NCBI GenBank assembly: GCA_964488165.1
Contig: CAZATU010000003.1
Span: 79,372 to 143,371, forward strand
Origin: an uncultured Candidatus Peribacteria bacterium
GTDB lineage: Bacteria > Patescibacteriota > Gracilibacteria > Peribacterales > Peribacteraceae
DNA length: 64,000 nt
Reading direction: 5' to 3'
The translations under genes and the position numbers were made by a program. The notes beneath the pieces are model-generated. The model was given only the letters and a program-made list of their open reading frames with translations. It was not told the origin of the DNA and did no database searches. This document shows positions 58,415-64,000 of the stretch, in pieces. How positions within the stretch are numbered: the stretch's first letter is position 1; every line of letters starts with the position of its first letter.

Positions 58415-60532
58415 TTACACCACGTCGGAGCCAGCAGACAGACCGTCAGGGCGGAAGCTCGCCGTTTCGACGCCGCCGGTGGGTGTGGTGCGGAAGACGC
58501 CGGCGTCGAGGCCGGGCCACGCGCGTTTGGTGGCTTCGTCGGCGGCGACATGAGCCTGGCCGTACGTCATGCCCTGGTTCAAGAAATGCACGAGGTAGTA
58601 GTCGTAGGGCGTATCGAAGTTGCGGCTGCGGCTGCCGTCGGGGTTCCTCGTTCTGCTGTCGGTGGTCCGGATGGGGTTCGGGAGCTCGGGCTTGGTCTGG
58701 ATGAAGACGCTGATGCGTCCGGACTCTCCGGCAGCTCGGAATTGCTCCGCCATGCGCCCGCTTTGGAAACCGCCGCTGTTGCAGCAGTTCATGCGCAGCA
58801 CGAAGCGGCAATCGTTGTACTTGCTCTTCTTGAACAAGTTCATGAGCTGGCTCGGCTCCAAATCAATCCTGCCTCCGCCGGGGATACCAAATCCTACACT
58901 CGTAGTATCGCCGTGGACGGAGAAATACAGATAGTGATTCTTGATACCGGCGCGGTAGGCAGCATCGAAACGCGACTCGAGGGTGCCAAGCAAGTCCCTA
59001 CCCGCGGCAAAGGTGTCGTTGCCGCCGCCAACCATGTTGTAGCCACGGCTGCCGAGGAATGAGCCGAAGTTGCGGGCATGGTTCTCCTCGGTGGGATCGG
59101 TCTGATCGAAGACACCCGTGTAGAGGATCGACTCGCCACGCGGGAGATCGAAGTTCCGGACGTTTGCGGCGTCGTTGGTCTCGCTCGCGCGGCGTTTGCG
59201 CGCAACTTGCAATGCTTCCTTGATGGCAGAGCCGTTAAGACCGGGTGATGCCAAGAAGGTTCTCGTAAGACCTGCAGCCTGCATGAGCATATCTGAGGCA
59301 TTCTGGAACACGATATTTTGTTCCATGACATGGTTGGTGACGGCCGCTGCAACGTACCAACGTTCGGTCGTACCACCATGATTGACTTCGATAGCGTACC
59401 TGCGGCCATGCTCCGGAGGATTGACGCGCTTGAGCGTGACACCATCGGAAGTACGATCGATACTGGCATCCAATCTGGTCCGAACACTGGAATCGTAGTC
59501 ATTGGCCATTTGCCGGTACACCGAGTTCGGATCTTCGGCAGTGGTACGCACCCAATCGAGACGTGTTTGAATGAAGGACCGTGCCGTCTCGGAATATTCG
59601 ACGCGATTGTAACCGGCACCTGGCGCGACGTCGGGGCCGCGCGGCATTGCGCCAGGCGGCGTTACTCCGGGGCTTGCCGAACCCGACACGGTAATGTCCT
59701 GCCACTGGTAGGGGTTGCGCTCCATTTGATCCTTCCAGCCCACGGAGAAAAGCCCCGGCCGGGTGAATTCGAAGCGGAATGTATGGATATCGCCGAAACG
59801 CGTGGGGCGCACGCGCACGCCGGCCGCCGCTAGAAGCGCGTTGCCGTTTGCCGGCTCCACACTGAGCGTGCGGCTGTTCACGTACACCGATTGCTGCACG
59901 CCACCGGTGCCCGGGAGTTTGACGGCAACAAGGGAGGTGGCATTCAGAATTTCCGTGGAAGCGAGCACGCCGCCGGGCGTCACCTCGGGAGCGCCGGGGG
60001 GTGGACCATAGGGAGGCGCATACGGGTTCGACGGCGGGCCACCATACGGCGCATACGGGTTCGACGGCGGGCCGGATTGCGACGAAGAGCCGGGTCTCCT
60101 GGGCCGCTGGGGGACTCGGCGGCCACCAGGAATGAAAGGCGAATTCGAAGGGTCGGACTGCGGCATGCCGTTGTAATACGGCGGCATGTACTGCGCGTAG
60201 GGATTCGCCTGCTGGCCGTATTGGCCGTAGTACATGTGGGGATATTGCTGGTTGCCCTGCTGCATGCCCGGGTAGCCACTCATCCCCTGCTGCTGCATGA
60301 ACATGTACATCGAGGCATCCACACCCTGGGAGCCGTACTGCTGATACACATTCTGGTAGCCGGGTGAGGCATAGAACTGATTCACGTATTTGAGCGCTTC
60401 CTGGACGCCGGATTCGATGTCGCGCGGCGTTTCACCGGCTCCCTCGGGGGGCGTCGGTCTGTTCTCGGGAGCGGCATGCTGCGCAAGCAGGCGACGTTCC
60501 GCGGCCGTCGAGAAAGCGATGCGGTGGTTCAT
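58415..60532 (-). CDS. Giant protein, paralog 3 (divergent): ERRLL N-motif, Q/Y/G/M/P low-complexity region, C-terminal caspase-fold domain
   Basis: Start trimmed to MNHRIAFSTAAERRLLAQH. ...HYLYFSVHGDTTSVG-(x32)-RFVLRMNCCNSGG (Cys codons at 58781-58786). It shares NFDLPRG... and YGQAHVAADEATKRAWPGLD with paralogs 1 and 2. Confidence 0.8.
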   Translation of the reverse strand: MNHRIAFSTAAERRLLAQHAAPENRPTPPEGAGETPRDIESGVQEALKYVNQFYASPGYQNVYQQYGSQGVDASMYMFMQQQGMSGYPGMQQGNQQYPHMYYGQYGQQANPYAQYMPPYYNGMPQSDPSNSPFIPGGRRVPQRPRRPGSSSQSGPPSNPYAPYGGPPSNPYAPPYGPPPGAPEVTPGGVLASTEILNATSLVAVKLPGTGGVQQSVYVNSRTLSVEPANGNALLAAAGVRVRPTRFGDIHTFRFEFTRPGLFSVGWKDQMERNPYQWQDITVSGSASPGVTPPGAMPRGPDVAPGAGYNRVEYSETARSFIQTRLDWVRTTAEDPNSVYRQMANDYDSSVRTRLDASIDRTSDGVTLKRVNPPEHGRRYAIEVNHGGTTERWYVAAAVTNHVMEQNIVFQNASDMLMQAAGLTRTFLASPGLNGSAIKEALQVARKRRASETNDAANVRNFDLPRGESILYTGVFDQTDPTEENHARNFGSFLGSRGYNMVGGGNDTFAAGRDLLGTLESRFDAAYRAGIKNHYLYFSVHGDTTSVGFGIPGGGRIDLEPSQLMNLFKKSKYNDCRFVLRMNCCNSGGFQSGRMAEQFRAAGESGRISVFIQTKPELPNPIRTTDSRTRNPDGSRSRNFDTPYDYYLVHFLNQGMTYGQAHVAADEATKRAWPGLDAGVFRTTPTGGVETASFRPDGLSAGSDVV

Positions 60533-60885
60533 ACAGACATGCGGGAAGAAGCGGCGTCGGCACCCAGAAGTTCGTCGGCCATTTTGAGCTGCCACACCCG
60601 CTCCCCTTCTTCTTTCGTGACGCGATCATTGCGCCGGTGCGTCTGGATTTCCTGCGCCTGCACATAGAGATAGCCGCTGAATTCCTTGAGCAGATCGCCG
60701 AACGTGCGGAAGGCCCTCCCGTAACGCTCCATACGCAGCCCGTGCTCCTCGGCCGTTTCACCTTTGTACTCCATGTCGAGGTACGGTAAACGGGCGCTGG
60801 TGAGCTCCGGCTCAATCACCGACATGAATCGGTCGTAAATCCACTCCGGGGGAGGCAAGCCTTGTGGGTTTGGTGTGGAAGGCAT
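60529..60885 (-). CDS. Small protein (118 aa), partner of giant paralog 3
   Basis: ATGA overlap with the giant's start. At most a weak resemblance of its charged C-terminal part to the 91/93-aa partners. Confidence 0.65.
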   Translation of the reverse strand: MPSTPNPQGLPPPEWIYDRFMSVIEPELTSARLPYLDMEYKGETAEEHGLRMERYGRAFRTFGDLLKEFSGYLYVQAQEIQTHRRNDRVTKEEGERVWQLKMADELLGADAASSRMSV

Positions 60886-60914
60886 CGGCGAGGAATGGCG
60901 TATGTGTTATGTAT

Positions 60915-60943
60915 ATTATACTTTTTTTACCCCAGAAAATCAA
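60915..60943 (-). promoter_or_regulatory. Sigma70-like promoter candidate, module 3
   Basis: Minus strand: TTGATT (60943-60938), 17-nt spacer, TATAAT (60920-60915). 29-nt leader to ATG 60885. Confidence 0.55.
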
Positions 60944-61791
60944 GCATCCGACGCCAGGTGCTGGGCACGATCCCACAGCGACTGCATGAGCGCGGAGCGG
61001 CGATTGCGCTCCTCTTCGGTGAGCGAAGACCATTCCTCCGGGGATGACCAGCGTTCGAGCAGCGTTTTGAGTGACTGCGCCTGCCGCAGGGCGGCCATGG
61101 AAGCTTGGTCGCTCTTGCCGGTGAACTGCTCCTGGATGGTGCCGACCACCTCGGCCGCCTTGCCCGCCGGCGCGAAGCCGGTCTGGCGGATCTGCGGGGC
61201 AAACTGCATGCCCGAAGCAGTCGACGACGGCTGTATCTGGGGCTGCGCAGGAAGACCGCCCGTAGGCTGAGCAGCCAGCTGCTGGGCGCGAAACGGCGGC
61301 GAAAGCAGGGCAAGCAACTCCTCCGGCACCACGCACCCCGCTTGGAGGCACAGGCCTTGGCAGCTCATGGAAAATTGCGTCAGCAATGCGAGGCGGCGCT
61401 CAAGATGCTCCACAGCATCGCGTCGCATGTCGAGGAAGATCTGGGGGGTGGGCGCCTGCAGAGCGCTCTCCCAATCGGGCTCGGGGATATCGCTCTGGAG
61501 TAGCGGATCGAGGGTGGCGAAGGCAGCGGCCGCGAGAGGCTGTGCGGCAACCGCGATGTCGCGCAATGTGTCGCGCGCCATAGCGAGCAGGTTCGCCCAC
61601 TGGTTCATGCCTTCGTTGAGACGGCGCCAGCTTTCCTGGAGACCAGCAATGCGGCGGCGCAACACGTCAGGCGTCTGTTCTGCGGCGGCAGCAGTGGCAT
61701 CCTTCTGTGAGAACAAGGCCTCAAACGCATCGCGCACCGAGGGGAGCGAAGCGGAGAGCGTCATGCCGGAAGCGGTCGGTGTGGAGGGCAT
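60940..61791 (-). CDS. Hypothetical helical protein (283 aa)
   Basis: Long ORF with non-mirror composition, lying between the transglutaminase-like gene and module 3. No motif recognised. Confidence 0.65.
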   Translation of the reverse strand: MPSTPTASGMTLSASLPSVRDAFEALFSQKDATAAAAEQTPDVLRRRIAGLQESWRRLNEGMNQWANLLAMARDTLRDIAVAAQPLAAAAFATLDPLLQSDIPEPDWESALQAPTPQIFLDMRRDAVEHLERRLALLTQFSMSCQGLCLQAGCVVPEELLALLSPPFRAQQLAAQPTGGLPAQPQIQPSSTASGMQFAPQIRQTGFAPAGKAAEVVGTIQEQFTGKSDQASMAALRQAQSLKTLLERWSSPEEWSSLTEEERNRRSALMQSLWDRAQHLASDA

Positions 61792-61797
61792 GGTCGT

Positions 61798-63999
61798 TTA
61801 TTGGAAATAGGGCGGATATCCGCCTGGGCCGGGAGGCAGGATGCCTTCCGGCGAGCCGCTGGGAGTGCCCGGGTACCCGCCGTAGGGCGAGGTTCCCGGC
61901 AGCATGCCCGGCGGATACTGCCCCGGAGCACCGGGGAAGTTGCCATAGGACGGCGGGCCTGAAGGACGCATACCACCGTAGGGCAGAGTGCCCGGAATCA
62001 CGCGCGGCGCACCGGGCCGGGTGCCGTAGGGTGCCATGCCCGGACCCATGCCGGGGTAGCCGCTGGGTCCTTGCGGCATACCCGGATAGCCGGGCCGCCC
62101 CTGGGGCATACCAGGCATCCCGGGCATACCGCCGTAGGAGGGTGGGCGCGGCGCGGACATGCCGCCGCCACGATTGTGGACGATCTGGTTCCAATCGAAA
62201 TCCCCGAAACCGATGAACGCATGTTGGGCGTTGCCGCCCTGAATGGTATTGGTGACGATGGCCGAGATGCCGCCGCCGCGTGCAGCCACCTCGCGGGCGC
62301 GACCCTGCGCTTCGGGCGGCATGCCCTGGGTACTGGTGAGTTCCCAGTCGACGCCGCTGCGACCGCCGCCGCTCCAGATGGATTGCATGGCTTCGGCAGG
62401 ATTGCGATAGACGCGCGGCACTCGTTGGAACCCGCCGGTGTCGATCTTGCAGAGGATGTATCCCCCGTTCGACGAACGTTCCAGATAGGCGCACACGTAG
62501 TGACCGGGGGTGGCGCGAGCGACGATGTTGCTGATGCCCGCGGCATCCAGAAGGCTGCTCGCGAGCACGGCGAAGTCCTCGCAGTCGCCGGTGGCGCGCA
62601 TGAGCGATTCTTCGGCCGACTGGATGTACTGCTGGCCCGCAGCCTCCGCTTCGAAGTTCACGGTGGAAGCCGTACGAATGCGGTTGCCGGTGCGCGTGAT
62701 GCTGTCTTCGACGGTGAAGTACGATGACACGAACGCGCCGATCGCCTCGGGCGAACCAAGCTGTCGACCCATTTGCTGGAGCATCTGGCGTGCATGATCC
62801 GGGCTCTGCGGACGTTGATTGAGAGACACGGGGCCACCTTCGCCGACGACGTGCATGCCGTGAGGAAGCTGGATCGGGGCGCCTGTGCCGTCGGCACCGG
62901 CGGACACGGACGCCTGCTGGCCGTTGATGCGCACGAGCGCGGGGCGATCGGTGCGGCCGTCGTAGAACACGGTCGCCACAGGGGTGGAACTGCCGTTAAA
63001 GATTTCGCGCACGGTGCGGCCGTCCTGCAGCTCCACGACGCGCGCACTGCCGCCGGGGCCCTGGATGCGGAATTCATCGCCGCGCGCAGTGGTGCCCCAG
63101 GTGACCTGACTTCCATCGGAGCCCTGCCAGGAGCCGCTGCCGACGCGGACGGGTCCGCGGCCGACGAGCGTCTGCGTCCGCGTGACGACCACCGCCTGGC
63201 CCGACGCACCCTCCGCCCAGATGCGCATGCCGTCACTCATGACGCGCATGGGGCCCATCGACTGGATCGCCATGGTGAGGCGTTGTGCCATGTTCTGGAG
63301 CTCCGCGCCGTGCTCCGCGAGGCGGGACGGCGGAATGTTGTGGCGCAGATGGAACGTGCCGCTCACGCCTTGCACCTCGATGCGCTGCCCAGCGACGGAG
63401 AGTTGCTGAAGGACATTCATGATGTACTGACCGTTGAGCTGCTGCTCCTGTGCGTCCCACTCCACGCTCACGTTGGTATTCGAGGGCGTCGGGCCCATGT
63501 TGGGTGGAGCTCCGTACGGAGCTCCCGGAACTCGGCCCATCTGCGGATATCCGCCCTGGTACATGCCGGGACGGTTGATGTTCACCTGCGGCATGTTGCC
63601 CCAGGCGCTCGGAAGGCCGGGGTACATGCCGGGATTCAATGCATGCGCGTACGGGCGGGCAGGGGCCAGGTACGGGCTACCCGGCTGCGGAAACTGGAAC
63701 TGCCGTCCGTAGTTCATCTGCTGGAAGCGCACCTGCGGAGGCACGCCGTGGTTGGAGGTGACGTGATGCATGGGGCCGCCGGGCCGGTGCGAGCTGAAGA
63801 GCTGCGGCGCGCCGCCGTTGAATGACTGAATCGCAAAGCGCTGGTCGGGGCTGCCCCACACCGGTCCGCTCGCCTGGTGCGGAATGGCCGACGGCCAGCC
63901 GCCAAGCTGCGGTTGCGACGGCATGCCCGGCATGACGAAGGGCGACGTGCGCATGGTCGTTGGGCCCATCTGGGGGCCCATCTGCGACCAGGAGTTCAT
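61798..63999 (-). CDS. P/G/Y/M/Q-rich protein with transglutaminase-like Cys-His-Asp core (may extend beyond window end)
   Basis: ...MRATGDCEDFAVLASSLLDAAGISNIVARATPGHYVCAYLERSSNGGYILCKIDTGG. Cys at 62581-62583, His at 62500-62502, Asp at 62440-62442. Flanked by GMPGMPGMPQGRPGYPGMPQG...GGYPPYFQ and an N-terminal P/Q/G/M-rich region. The ATG at 63997-63999 is 1 nt from the window edge. Confidence 0.8.
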   Translation of the reverse strand: MNSWSQMGPQMGPTTMRTSPFVMPGMPSQPQLGGWPSAIPHQASGPVWGSPDQRFAIQSFNGGAPQLFSSHRPGGPMHHVTSNHGVPPQVRFQQMNYGRQFQFPQPGSPYLAPARPYAHALNPGMYPGLPSAWGNMPQVNINRPGMYQGGYPQMGRVPGAPYGAPPNMGPTPSNTNVSVEWDAQEQQLNGQYIMNVLQQLSVAGQRIEVQGVSGTFHLRHNIPPSRLAEHGAELQNMAQRLTMAIQSMGPMRVMSDGMRIWAEGASGQAVVVTRTQTLVGRGPVRVGSGSWQGSDGSQVTWGTTARGDEFRIQGPGGSARVVELQDGRTVREIFNGSSTPVATVFYDGRTDRPALVRINGQQASVSAGADGTGAPIQLPHGMHVVGEGGPVSLNQRPQSPDHARQMLQQMGRQLGSPEAIGAFVSSYFTVEDSITRTGNRIRTASTVNFEAEAAGQQYIQSAEESLMRATGDCEDFAVLASSLLDAAGISNIVARATPGHYVCAYLERSSNGGYILCKIDTGGFQRVPRVYRNPAEAMQSIWSGGGRSGVDWELTSTQGMPPEAQGRAREVAARGGGISAIVTNTIQGGNAQHAFIGFGDFDWNQIVHNRGGGMSAPRPPSYGGMPGMPGMPQGRPGYPGMPQGPSGYPGMGPGMAPYGTRPGAPRVIPGTLPYGGMRPSGPPSYGNFPGAPGQYPPGMLPGTSPYGGYPGTPSGSPEGILPPGPGGYPPYFQ

Positions 64000-64000
64000 A

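Overview
High-GC (roughly 60% or more by eye) bacterial chromosomal segment with about 54 protein-coding genes under the standard genetic code. I found no rRNA, tRNA, CRISPR array, transposase or integrase. The ORF track is full of long antisense 'mirror' ORFs, as expected for high GC. I called genes by recognisable motifs and trimmed several starts to internal ATG/GTG codons.

Housekeeping genes:
- gyrB (5' part at the left edge, missing from the ORF track)
- rpsU (hidden inside a longer ORF)
- glyQS, rpsB-tsf, ychF
- class II RNR nrdJ, with tandem NrdR-box-like palindromes upstream
- ribD, fusA, rpsG, rpsL, rpoC, carA

Envelope theme:
- A cluster of one GT39 protein O-mannosyltransferase-like gene, three more GT-C-like polytopic membrane proteins, a GT2 polyprenyl-phosphate glycosyltransferase and a methyltransferase (4.9-12.7 kb). 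A fifth GT-C-like protein lies at 38.6 kb.
- Two Cys-rich-repeat (CxDGxxxxxExCDDGN) surface proteins.
- Three SLH-domain proteins, including an SLH-S41 protease and an SLH-sortase.
- An orphan VirD4/TraD-like ATPase.

Most unusual region (47.9-64 kb, minus strand), interrupted by carA, an FNR-like gene and a 560-bp inverted-repeat element:
- Three paralogous modules. Each has a small helical protein translationally coupled to a giant protein of about 700-1250 aa.
- Each giant has a conserved N-terminal ERRLL motif, a Q/M/Y/P/G-rich prion-like low-complexity region, beta-rich repeats and a C-terminal caspase-fold domain with a metacaspase-type His/Cys signature (VHG ... ACHSGG).
- Next to them is a P/G/Y/M-rich protein with a transglutaminase-like Cys-His-Asp core.
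- I do not recognise this assemblage as a described system.

All functional calls rest on motif recognition by eye. No database search was run.
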